Part shown: one piece after another, positions 1 through 9,227 of the stretch
Layout of the letters: each line of letters begins with the position of its first letter
Numbering within the stretch: position 1 is the stretch's first letter
Virus record (IMG/VR): IMGVR_UViG_3300020403_000009
Location: 1 to 59,415 of that record
Origin: a virus
Lineage: Duplodnaviria > Caudoviricetes
Strand: one strand, 5' to 3'
Length of the DNA stretch: 59,415 nucleotides
Made by a program: the position numbers and the translations under genes
The notes under the pieces: model-generated
The model's input: only the letters and a program-made list of their open reading frames with translations
Database searches by the model: none
Told to the model about the DNA's origin: nothing

Positions 1-2522
1 CTTGTCTGTTTGGCTTTACCTAAAAATATCGCATGAAATACTTCATGGGGTACAGTTATATCTGTAGCTTTAGAAAGGTCTATATGAATTACATTATCAG
101 CTGGATTATATTCTGCTTCAGCATTGGGAGTTGTTACATATTTTTGGAACTCTGTAGTAGAATCATGTAATACGATTTTAGTATTAGGTAATAATTTAGA
201 TATAGCTTTAGCAGCTGTCCTGGCTATTTTGGTTACAGAATTAATTCTTTTAAGTTGGTCTGGAGTTTTATCTACCGTCTCATTTTTTTTATTTATAACA
301 AGATTACCAGATAAAGACTCTGTTGTATCCTCAATTGTTTCACCAAAAAATATATCAACTGGAGATTCTTTTTTCTGCTTAGTTTGCTGTGGTTTTAAAC
401 CTAAAGAAAACTCTAAATCTTTGACCTCATCTTTCTGGTCCTCAGTAAGCTCGGTAACTTCTTCTTCTGAAACTTTGGTAGTTTCAACTGCTTCGGGTGT
501 AATCTCTCCGGTAATGTCCCCGGTGGTGTCTCCGACTCCCACCTCTTCGCCATCTCTGGCTTGTTCTTGTACATCCACCTCCTTTGGGCTTGACTCTTGA
601 ACGGCATCTTCTTTTGTTTTTGATTCAACAATAGATAAAAGCTCTTTATTAATAGTATCTAATTCTTTTTGTTTATTCACACTTAAACTAGAATCGTCTA
701 TTTCTTTTATCTCACTTTCTAAAATTCTTTTTCTTTTTAATAAATCTATAGTCTTAGTCTTCTGCTCATTAGTAAGATTTAAAGGTTTTAACTTGTTATT
801 ACCTACAGCTGTATCAAAAAAGTTTTGCTGTATCTTATCAGCCTCTTCTTTGGTCATCTCTCCTTTTTCAATTTTGCGTTTTAAGTCTTCAATTAAAACC
901 TCATCCGCTCGCTTAGTGTTTACTAAATCAAGCTGTAAGTCTGTTGTTTGTTCTGATTGAAACACTTGAGCTATATCACTAAACTCACTACGATTTATTT
1001 TTCTAGATATTTTAAATTTACCTACTGCTTTATTGATTGCTTTTGTGCCATTTATAAGAGTTATAGGAGCGCCATATACACCTCCGCTCCCGATACCAGC
1101 TAAGAATGCATCTGGCACGCCTTCATAAGCAGGTCTTCCGTCTATAAGATTTTGAGTTATTTGTGTTGCAACCTCCTCTATTCCTTCTCCAGTTGCAGCA
1201 GCTATAGGACCATATTTTTTTAACGCTGACTTGTAAGCATTAATAAGAGTGTTTTTAAATATTTTTACCCCTTCTTTTTTACCTTCTTTAAATATAATTT
1301 CTTTATAAACCTGACCTAAAGTACCTTGACTAATTGTGCTAAATACCATTTCCGCACCTGCCATACCGATAGCTTTTAAAACGCTCAAAGCTTTATCTTG
1401 CTTGGGATTATTTTCCTTTTGTTTTCTTAACTCTGGACCAGTCATCAATGCAGTAGCTCCAGTAGCTAAAGGTATAAGACCTACTCCTGAAGCAGATGCA
1501 GCCATTATTCCTAAGCTTACAGGGGCGCTTTGAACAATTGAATTAATTAATAATTTACTCCCGTTTTTATAATCTCCATTTGAAAAAGCCTCAACTATCC
1601 CTGTTTCAAGCCCTTTTTCTTTTCTATATAAAGCATCTTGTTTTTGACGGTATTCTTGTTCTTTTATTAATCCGTCTAATATTGACCTTGTTCCTATTAA
1701 TTCTTCAAAAGCTTTTAGGTTTGTTTCTTTACGACCCAACAATCTATTTATAGGGTCAGAAACATATGCAGCTCCAAATTCATATATACTACTAGGGAGA
1801 CTAACAATCATCTCTCCTAAACTCACATCAGCTGTTTTAAAATTGTTCTTTACCCAGTCTCCAAAATCACTATCAACAACAGCTTGTTTTTTATCTTTTG
1901 CTTGTTTTAAAAATTCATCAGCAGATAAATTATATTTAGCAGCCATATCATTAACAATCTGTTGACCGTCTTCATTAAGTTCTTCAAAATCAAATGTAGG
2001 TAATTGAAGTGCCAGGTCTAGCACATCCATCTTTTGTTCTTTTAAAAGAGATTCTGCCTCTTTTTTTTGTTGTATAATTTTAGGACGCTCTAAATCTGAC
2101 TCACGAGTCTGCGCTCGTACACTTATGGGTTTTTCTACTGTGTCGTCAACGACACTTTTTTCCTGCTCGTCTCCAGCTCTTTCTAAATCACTAGCTCTTA
2201 CATCGGCTCTTACGCTAGTCTGAACTGCTTGTTTTGGTTGCTCCGAAAAACCATCCTCCAATAGTGATTCCGAATCTTTTTTTTTTAAATCTCTCTGCCG
2301 TACATCAGCTCTTGTGCTAGTTAAAGGTTCAGGCTCAGCATTCTGCCATGCGCTTGAAAAGTCTTCAACAGTAGCAGTTACAAATAAACCAGATTGTTTA
2401 CCTAAGTCAAATAATTGTTGTTGTTGATTTTCATTTATATTCGAAAATTCCTCAAAAGAAACAGCTTCAGTTATAATCCCCTGGTCTAAATAAAGGTTAT
2501 ATAATTGTTGTAATTTATCCAT
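1..2522 (-). CDS. Giant virion/ejection (polyvalent-type) protein, N-terminal part, 3' truncated by the window; contains a zincin HExxH motif
   Basis: ATG at 2522 (MDKLQQLYNLYLDQG...), 4 nt after the previous stop. The frame is open in the stretches I translated and runs off position 1 reading ...IHIDLSKATDITVPHEVFHAIFLG. Its absence from the ORF track is consistent with having no stop. Confidence 0.8.
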   Translation of the reverse strand, partial: MDKLQQLYNLYLDQGIITEAVSFEEFSNINENQQQQLFDLGKQSGLFVTATVEDFSSAWQNAEPEPLTSTRADVRQRDLKKKDSESLLEDGFSEQPKQAVQTSVRADVRASDLERAGDEQEKSVVDDTVEKPISVRAQTRESDLERPKIIQQKKEAESLLKEQKMDVLDLALQLPTFDFEELNEDGQQIVNDMAAKYNLSADEFLKQAKDKKQAVVDSDFGDWVKNNFKTADVSLGEMIVSLPSSIYEFGAAYVSDPINRLLGRKETNLKAFEELIGTRSILDGLIKEQEYRQKQDALYRKEKGLETGIVEAFSNGDYKNGSKLLINSIVQSAPVSLGIMAASASGVGLIPLATGATALMTGPELRKQKENNPKQDKALSVLKAIGMAGAEMVFSTISQGTLGQVYKEIIFKEGKKEGVKIFKNTLINAYKSALKKYGPIAAATGEGIEEVATQITQNLIDGRPAYEGVPDAFLAGIGSGGVYGAPITLINGTKAINKAVGKFKISRKINRSEFSDIAQVFQSEQTTDLQLDLVNTKRADEVLIEDLKRKIEKGEMTKEEADKIQQNFFDTAVGNNKLKPLNLTNEQKTKTIDLLKRKRILESEIKEIDDSSLSVNKQKELDTINKELLSIVESKTKEDAVQESSPKEVDVQEQARDGEEVGVGDTTGDITGEITPEAVETTKVSEEEVTELTEDQKDEVKDLEFSLGLKPQQTKQKKESPVDIFFGETIEDTTESLSGNLVINKKNETVDKTPDQLKRINSVTKIARTAAKAISKLLPNTKIVLHDSTTEFQKYVTTPNAEAEYNPADNVIHIDLSKATDITVPHEVFHAIFLGKAKQT
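413..607 (-). CDS. Small basic protein (MPFKSQAQRRWM...) overprinted in an alternative frame of the giant gene
   Basis: 64-aa ORF with A-rich context before ATG at 607. It resembles a small phage protein family I recall as stand-alone genes. Confidence 0.5.
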   Translation of the reverse strand: MPFKSQAQRRWMYKNKPEMAKRWESETPPGTLPERLHPKQLKLPKFQKKKLPSLLRTRKMRSKI

Positions 2523-2526
2523 TTAA

Positions 2527-4350
2527 TTATTGTTGTTTAATAATTGCATCTCCAGGACCAGGCTGAGGTTGAGGGGTATTAGTTATATCTATATCTCTTA
2601 ATTCCTCGTCAATAATATTTTCTGATTGTTCTATAATTTTTTTATAAAACCCGTAATTTTTTATTAAAAACGCTTTTATATCTTTTATATCCTTATCCGA
2701 ATCTAAATCAAATCTTTTTTCTACGCCGTCTTTTATTTTTATTGTTACATTTGCTCCCACCCCACGAGCAGTGTCAACTTCAAAGTCTAAACCTAGATTA
2801 CCAAAAATTAATTCTAAATCTTTCTTTGCTTGTGAAGAGCTAGTTTTGCTAATTTCAGGAAGCTTTGTTTCTATATATTCTTCAAATTTATCTATTGGTT
2901 TTGGTGCATCTTGAATAGAATATTTAAATTCAGTAGAGCTACGAACAGCATCGGTAGGTAATGATGCTAGAGCAACCTTAACTATTTCATCAATGTCTGC
3001 GCCTTTAGGAGCAAATTCTGTTACTACAGAAGTAAAATAATCTTTGGCGTTTTCTGACTTAGCAATAGGAGGAAGCTGTAAGCGTCTTCCATTTTTATCT
3101 AATTTTGTTAAAATTAATTCTGGCTCTCCAGTGTTTGGATTATTTTTAAAATCATAATCTACTATATTCTGAGGATTTCCTGTTTGACCTTTAATAAGAT
3201 TTATTGCTACCTCAAAATCATTTGTATCATTACTATAAAAAGTTTTACCTATTGCTTCTCCTACTCGTTGAGCTTGTTTTATATCTAATTTTTCTCCAGC
3301 TGTTAATTTTTCAATAGGCATAGCTGTATCTTCCCTATCAACCATAGCTTCAAACTTTGTGGTTAAAGCTTTTCTAGCCATTTCTTTTTGGTCGTTGTTT
3401 AATTTAGCCTCATATCTCCCAGTATTTTCATTAGGCTGCATTAATATAAATTTATTTGATGTAGCTGCTTCTTTAGGGTCGTAGGTAAATTCAAATGAAA
3501 CATCTGTTGCTTCTCCTTTTTCATCTGGAACAACACCTAAATAATCCACAAGAACAGACATAGGTATATCTGGATTGGTTTCTATAAATGAATTTATAAA
3601 AGTATTTCTAGCATTTAAATAATTTGGATTTTGTCTTGCATCATCTCTAGTTTTTATACCATCCTTCATCAAAACCTTTATGGTCTCACTCAGCTCATCA
3701 ACACCAGGTTGTAAGTTTTGTGACACTTTAAATCTATCGTACTTAGTGTCAATTATGTTTCTAAGTTCATTAACAGATTTTAAATCATTAGGATTGTCAC
3801 TTAATTCAAAAACCTCTTTACCATCAGGTAAAGTTTTTTTAACTTTCATTCCAACAGCTACCTTTCCGTTTGTTGGGTCTATATATGCAGAAGATTTAGA
3901 AAAGTTAGAATATCCCTCGATATTTCCCATAGCCCAAGATTCTGCAAGGGAAGAACTTTTTTTATTCATACGTTCCATCTTATCGGCGTAGACAGCATTG
4001 TATTCTTTTGCTAAATTAAAAAGCTCTGTAGTGCCAGATGTTAAATTTGCTCTACCAATATTATAATCTTTTAAGCTCATCTGACCGCTTTTTAATAAAC
4101 GGTCTTGCATTAGTCTGTACTTTTCTGCGTTGTTAGCATATTCAATGGTAAAATCATTTATAGTTTTAGATTCTCCCATTGGAGCATTAGCTAATGTTTC
4201 TCCAGTTTTTCTTGATGCTTCATCAATAGCCTCTCTTTTAGCTTCTCTATCCTTAGCTATTTGACCTAGGCTTTCACTTACCGATTTAGTTATAGCCCCC
4301 CAGTCTACAACATCAGCACCTTCTCTTGATACATATTTATAGTATGTCAT
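2527..4350 (-). CDS. Putative internal virion/ejection protein
   Basis: 607 aa, charged and helical; middle of three increasing-size genes after the GNAT gene, the usual podovirus ejectosome position. Confidence 0.6.
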   Translation of the reverse strand: MTYYKYVSREGADVVDWGAITKSVSESLGQIAKDREAKREAIDEASRKTGETLANAPMGESKTINDFTIEYANNAEKYRLMQDRLLKSGQMSLKDYNIGRANLTSGTTELFNLAKEYNAVYADKMERMNKKSSSLAESWAMGNIEGYSNFSKSSAYIDPTNGKVAVGMKVKKTLPDGKEVFELSDNPNDLKSVNELRNIIDTKYDRFKVSQNLQPGVDELSETIKVLMKDGIKTRDDARQNPNYLNARNTFINSFIETNPDIPMSVLVDYLGVVPDEKGEATDVSFEFTYDPKEAATSNKFILMQPNENTGRYEAKLNNDQKEMARKALTTKFEAMVDREDTAMPIEKLTAGEKLDIKQAQRVGEAIGKTFYSNDTNDFEVAINLIKGQTGNPQNIVDYDFKNNPNTGEPELILTKLDKNGRRLQLPPIAKSENAKDYFTSVVTEFAPKGADIDEIVKVALASLPTDAVRSSTEFKYSIQDAPKPIDKFEEYIETKLPEISKTSSSQAKKDLELIFGNLGLDFEVDTARGVGANVTIKIKDGVEKRFDLDSDKDIKDIKAFLIKNYGFYKKIIEQSENIIDEELRDIDITNTPQPQPGPGDAIIKQQ

Positions 4351-4352
4351 TC

Positions 4353-5168
4353 TTATTGTCTTTTTAGAACATCAAATGGATTAAAACCACTAAGCCCCAG
4401 AGCATCTCTTCTCATTGCTCTTCCAAAACTTCTATCTTGCTGACCAATAAAATCTTTAAACTCTAAATCACTCATGCCACCTACAGCAGACACATCGACC
4501 CCATCAATCATACCTTGTTGTGCTAAAGTGTTTTTTATATCTTGAAGCTCACCATATTGCCCCGTTCTACCAGCTATTCTTTGAGACCTACCTAATTGCC
4601 TTGCTGCTGCATCTTTTTGGTATAACGGAAGAGCTTCCAATCCCGCTCCTATAAATTCACCAACACCTTCCATAGCTTGCTGTGTTGCTGCCGCTCTATT
4701 TATAGCAGCTTCTCTAGCCGCTATTTGAGCGCCTTCAGCTTCTTGTAAATCTAAATCAGATAATAATCCAGCTATTCTAGAGTCTTCACCAGCAGCTAAT
4801 TTTTCAAGACTAAGTAGTCTTTCTGCTTGGTCTGTTGCTATCCTTCTTTGAGCATCTCCCTGTGCCATTTGAACTCTTCCTGCCGCAGCAGCAGCTCCTC
4901 TAGATTCACCCTCTTGCGCAACCTGTAGAGCTTGTTGTCCCGATGCCAACATTGCTTCTCTAGCTCTTTCATAAGGTTCTTTTTGTAAAGACAAACCTTC
5001 GTAATAATTTACGCCTATTTTTTTTCTAGCGTCTGACATAAACTTATCAGCTTCTCGCTCTGCTTTTTGTTGCATTTTTTTTTGTTTAGATGCTTGAGCA
5101 AAACTAGCTCCTGCTTTTGCCGCCGCTAAACCTAAACTTATAATAGTTGTTGCCGTAATTGCTCCCAT
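4353..5168 (-). CDS. Putative small ejection protein
   Basis: Hydrophobic Ala/Gly N-terminus followed by an Ala/Gln-rich helical region; position. Confidence 0.6.
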   Translation of the reverse strand: MGAITATTIISLGLAAAKAGASFAQASKQKKMQQKAEREADKFMSDARKKIGVNYYEGLSLQKEPYERAREAMLASGQQALQVAQEGESRGAAAAAGRVQMAQGDAQRRIATDQAERLLSLEKLAAGEDSRIAGLLSDLDLQEAEGAQIAAREAAINRAAATQQAMEGVGEFIGAGLEALPLYQKDAAARQLGRSQRIAGRTGQYGELQDIKNTLAQQGMIDGVDVSAVGGMSDLEFKDFIGQQDRSFGRAMRRDALGLSGFNPFDVLKRQ

Positions 5169-5169
5169 A

Positions 5170-5580
5170 TTATAATATTTTTATCATTTCTTTGTTGTAG
5201 CTATCTCCTTGAATATATCCCAGCTCTTCATATGTTTTTATAAGACCATCGTGTTTTATAAGAGCGTATGTAAATTTATTTCCTGCGTTTTGTGCTACTC
5301 TAGTTAGAGCGTCAACCAACAAAGATAAAGCGGCTTTTCTGTTAGCCTTATTAGTATAATCTTTGTTAGATATAATCCAATCCACCCAAGCTACTTTTGA
5401 ATTTGTCATATATATAAATCCTGCACAAACAGGGGTTTTGTCATCATAAACAATTAAACCACCTTTACCTTCATCTGGCAAAAAATCTTTTACAGGAGCA
5501 TCCCATTTCCAATCTTTCCACCAACCTACTAAAATCTGCTCATAGTCAGACTCTTCAAGCGGTCTAATATTTAATTTCAT
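5170..5580 (-). CDS. GNAT-fold acetyltransferase-like protein
   Basis: IRPL..SDY start, VCAGFIY, WVDWIISN, YEELGY; typical position between nozzle and ejection genes. Confidence 0.65.
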   Translation of the reverse strand: MKLNIRPLEESDYEQILVGWWKDWKWDAPVKDFLPDEGKGGLIVYDDKTPVCAGFIYMTNSKVAWVDWIISNKDYTNKANRKAALSLLVDALTRVAQNAGNKFTYALIKHDGLIKTYEELGYIQGDSYNKEMIKIL

Positions 5581-5601
5581 TTAACTACAAAGATACTAAT
5601 T

Positions 5602-7434
5602 TTACGGATAGCTTTTCATTACTTCCGACTCTACTGCGAATAACTCAGTAGCTGTACTATCTGTATTTGTAATTGTAAACTGGCAGTAATGACCTAACAC
5701 TCCGTTAGATTCTGCCTGCTGATTTTTAATATACATTATAAACCCGTCCTGGATTGGTATAGTTACTGCTCCTGTGATTGAATTATCTATAACTATATTG
5801 TTGGTTGCATTCTGTAAATCTATATTTATAGCAGTTACTTTTCCTGCCATCTCTATAGCATTATATGGAGGTGGAGCGTAATATACTATATCTCCTACAG
5901 CTATATCACTTCCAATCTCTAACACTGGATTAGTTGCAAAGTTTATTATAGTGCTTGTACCTACAATATTTACAGAAGAGCTTCTACCTATACCATTAGC
6001 CGAGCGTAAAGAATATTCATCAGAGCCTGCTGGCTGCGTTCCATTGTTTCTTATAAAAGCAAACCAAGCTCCTTCTTTCTTTTCAAACCAGGTGCTATCT
6101 ATGGTAGCTCCTGTCTGTATATCACTGTCTAATGTAACAGACCATGAGCTATCTGATTCTAGGTTTATGGTTTTAAACAATTTATTCTCTAGTGGTTGCT
6201 CATTAAATACACTTGTTACAGTAGAGTTGTGTTGTACATTATAAAAATTATTTCTAACCTCATTGGTATTGTGTCTGTATAAATTACCACCTTTAAAACT
6301 GTAAAAATAATTATTCATACCTATTGTCCAGTCTGGATGGTAAGAGTAGAATGAAGGCCATCCTTTTACACTGTCGCTATAAGTAAGAGTATATAGCAAT
6401 GTAGGGTCTCCTTGAGGAGGTATGATTGGAGGTTGTAGGTTAGGACAGGTAGCATTGTCAAACATCAAATTGTTCTGACCTCCCATATATCCATGGTTAT
6501 AACACTCATAACTTAGCGTTCCATAATTACCAGTAACTGTGATAGTTACATCTCCATAAAAATATTCATATACATTTCCGTCTAATCCCGTCTTAGTTCC
6601 TGAGCTGTACTGCCCATCATATTGTATCAAACTTGTTTTACCAAAGTTTTGGATGGCTATAGGATGCGCCGATGGGACACCAGTTAAAACAAATATACCA
6701 GTCCCTGTACCATATATACCATAATTACCGCCAAAGACAAATACATTTCCAGAACCAATAGATTGAATTGTTGTAGCATTCGTGCTGCTCAAACAATAAT
6801 CAGGAGTTACAGGAATCGGAGTGGGGGTTGGTGTGGGTGTAGGACTAGGACTAGGTGTCGGTGTCGGCGTGGGGGTGGGCGTAGGCACACCTCCGCATAT
6901 ATTTGTTCCACCACAGTCGTACTTATTAGTTACAGTTCCATCAGGCTCAATTAGCAATATTCCTGTTCCTGTTGCTGGCGATGAACCTGGGGTGGCTATA
7001 TAAAATTGATTACTACCATTAAATGGCGTATTAAGATTAGCGTCCAACCAAAAATGCTGTGTTCCACAAGTTACGCCACTATACGAGTTTACGTCAGAGT
7101 ATACTGTTACAGGACAGTTTACACAGGAGGTTGGCTTTACAAACGCACCATTTCCCTGTACTGCATTAAACTGCCAAGCGTATGAAGTAACTGGTGTAGG
7201 AGCAGGGGTAGGTGTATTACAAGATGTACACCCATTGATACCATAGTCTGCTGCTATAGTTATAAATTGTCCTGATGAGGCAACACCATATACTTTCCAA
7301 CAATTACCAACTCCTTGTCCAGGAGCAAGGCCATATATTTGGTAAGTATGGTTAATAGATTGTTGCGTGGTAAAAGACGCATCAGCAAAAACACTTGAAT
7401 TATCGCAGCTCTGTAGCCTATAGTAAAAAGACAT
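5602..7434 (-). CDS. Virion protein: Cys-rich modules, PT repeats, cupredoxin-like domain, and C-terminal part of the tail nozzle/stabilisation protein
   Basis: PT repeats; HP...YECYNHGYMG; C-terminal TLTYSDSVKGWPSFYSY...KLFKTINLE...FEKKEG...ELFAVESE segment. Confidence 0.7.
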   Translation of the reverse strand: MSFYYRLQSCDNSSVFADASFTTQQSINHTYQIYGLAPGQGVGNCWKVYGVASSGQFITIAADYGINGCTSCNTPTPAPTPVTSYAWQFNAVQGNGAFVKPTSCVNCPVTVYSDVNSYSGVTCGTQHFWLDANLNTPFNGSNQFYIATPGSSPATGTGILLIEPDGTVTNKYDCGGTNICGGVPTPTPTPTPTPSPSPTPTPTPTPIPVTPDYCLSSTNATTIQSIGSGNVFVFGGNYGIYGTGTGIFVLTGVPSAHPIAIQNFGKTSLIQYDGQYSSGTKTGLDGNVYEYFYGDVTITVTGNYGTLSYECYNHGYMGGQNNLMFDNATCPNLQPPIIPPQGDPTLLYTLTYSDSVKGWPSFYSYHPDWTIGMNNYFYSFKGGNLYRHNTNEVRNNFYNVQHNSTVTSVFNEQPLENKLFKTINLESDSSWSVTLDSDIQTGATIDSTWFEKKEGAWFAFIRNNGTQPAGSDEYSLRSANGIGRSSSVNIVGTSTIINFATNPVLEIGSDIAVGDIVYYAPPPYNAIEMAGKVTAINIDLQNATNNIVIDNSITGAVTIPIQDGFIMYIKNQQAESNGVLGHYCQFTITNTDSTATELFAVESEVMKSYP

Positions 7435-7456
7435 AGGTTCTTATTTAGTTACAAAT

Positions 7457-8326
7457 TTACGAATTAAATTGCTTTGTCTTTTTACAGGCATCACAATCAG
7501 CTTGTATCAAAGCGACCCAGTCTTTTATAGTTCTGTCTTTTTGTTTGTACTCTAAATCCTGTAGAAAATTCAAACGATATTCTATATCTCTAGGCTGAAA
7601 TAATTCCCTGTAAGTATCTGTAGTTATGTATTTATGCCACACTATATTTTGTGGTATCGCATATAAATCTAAACCATGTAGATATATAAGTAGCGAGTAT
7701 ATTTCTTGTTCTTGATTGTGTTTGAATGTATAATCATCTAATGTTATAGCTTCTGCCAATCTGTTATCTCCAAAAATATTACCTCCAGATATTTGATTTA
7801 CTCTTTCATAAGCCATCTTAGGATGTCTTTGACAATGTGGTTTGTTAAAAGCAGATGTCCAAGGAAGTTCGTGAGGCGTGTATATAGTGGCTATATTTCT
7901 TTTAGTATACTGCTCGTATGATTGATGAAAATCAAAAGATTGCGGAAACACGCTTATCACTGCATTTTCTGGAGCGTTTTTATATATATCTATATAAGTG
8001 GTATCCCAATTATTTAAAAACCTTGAGTGCGAATCAACACACATAAAATAATCCTGTCCTCCATATAGATGCTTTGATATTACATTTCTTGCCCATCCAC
8101 ATCCTTTAGCTTTATTAGCATCAATAGTTTGTAAGAACATATTGTTTCTGTAGGGATGTCCCTTCAATATACTTAGTACATCTATTGTTGCTTGAGGTGT
8201 ATCTTGTAAAAAAACGCCAACAAAAACTCTTTCTGGATGAGCGGCTCTTGTATATAAATCGTCTATGGTTGGTATTAAATCACTGTCCTTATACGATGCT
8301 ATATTAACAAATATACTTTCATTCAT
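7457..8326 (-). CDS. GT60-like glycosyltransferase (Skp1-hydroxyproline GlcNAc-transferase/Gnt1 family)
   Basis: IFVNIASYKD, T...LY.RA.HPERVFVGV..Q, AKGCGWAR, YFMCVDSHSRF..WD and late WH motifs. Start probably 8326, overlapping the upstream stop. Confidence 0.8.
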   Translation of the reverse strand: MNESIFVNIASYKDSDLIPTIDDLYTRAAHPERVFVGVFLQDTPQATIDVLSILKGHPYRNNMFLQTIDANKAKGCGWARNVISKHLYGGQDYFMCVDSHSRFLNNWDTTYIDIYKNAPENAVISVFPQSFDFHQSYEQYTKRNIATIYTPHELPWTSAFNKPHCQRHPKMAYERVNQISGGNIFGDNRLAEAITLDDYTFKHNQEQEIYSLLIYLHGLDLYAIPQNIVWHKYITTDTYRELFQPRDIEYRLNFLQDLEYKQKDRTIKDWVALIQADCDACKKTKQFNS

Positions 8327-9227
8327 GATTAAAAATTGCAACTGAACAAGATGTACATATTTCTCCAAAAGCTTTTTGCATAACTTCTTGTCGCTTTTGT
8401 CCTGTCCAGATTTCTTTTAAAGTTTGTTTATTTAAATCTCCAAATACATAGTCCATATTGTAATCATTGCAACATAAAAAGACTTCACCTTTTGGTGTAA
8501 CATGAAGCCACTCTGTATCTCTCTTAGAAGAACATCCTACAACCTTACCTTCAGGCAAAGGATTCTCCATAACATCTTGCAATAATCCAGCCCTGTCAAT
8601 AAGATTCCATTGAGTCGTAACGCTTATACCTGGAAATAATTGCTTTGCTATTCTAGTTTGCGTTTCAAGTTCGTTCGGTTGCAGCTCTGGAAAATCTTTT
8701 AACTTGATAATATTAGACCTGTTATCAATACCATTAATTTGCAACAACAATATATTTTTATTTAATAGATTGTTTTGAGCATAATAAATGTTAGTAATTA
8801 ATGTTTCAAATAACTTCTCACGCATACCTGTTCTTTTTTCAAACAACTCTCTTTGGTATACTGGTGCGTTGATTGCTATTTGAGAAACCACTCCAGGATA
8901 TTTATTTATAAGGTCTATTTTATTTGGTGTGAGTGGGACACCATTAGTGAGTAAGCATAATGTAAGATTATGTTTTTGTAGCGTTTGCAACATTTGCTCA
9001 AAATATCTATACAATAAGACTTCGTTATAATGTGAAGCATATACAAAATGCAGTCTTGGACTTACAAGCTCGCCTTTTAAATCTACTATTTGTTTTATAA
9101 TAGATTCGTATAGCTCTGGTGGCATTTGGTTTTTATGTTCGCTTGGATTACCATGAATCGAAACTGGGCAGAACCAACATCCAGCATTGCATAATCCATT
9201 AGGGTCTATTTGTATAAAATTTATCAC
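8319..9227 (-). CDS. Radical SAM enzyme with SPASM/twitch domain
   Basis: CNAGCWFC (CxxxCxxC), LLTNG, and C-terminal C...G.VFLCC.D...GDL....L.EIW...CTSC. Confidence 0.9.
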   Translation of the reverse strand: MINFIQIDPNGLCNAGCWFCPVSIHGNPSEHKNQMPPELYESIIKQIVDLKGELVSPRLHFVYASHYNEVLLYRYFEQMLQTLQKHNLTLCLLTNGVPLTPNKIDLINKYPGVVSQIAINAPVYQRELFEKRTGMREKLFETLITNIYYAQNNLLNKNILLLQINGIDNRSNIIKLKDFPELQPNELETQTRIAKQLFPGISVTTQWNLIDRAGLLQDVMENPLPEGKVVGCSSKRDTEWLHVTPKGEVFLCCNDYNMDYVFGDLNKQTLKEIWTGQKRQEVMQKAFGEICTSCSVAIFNHE

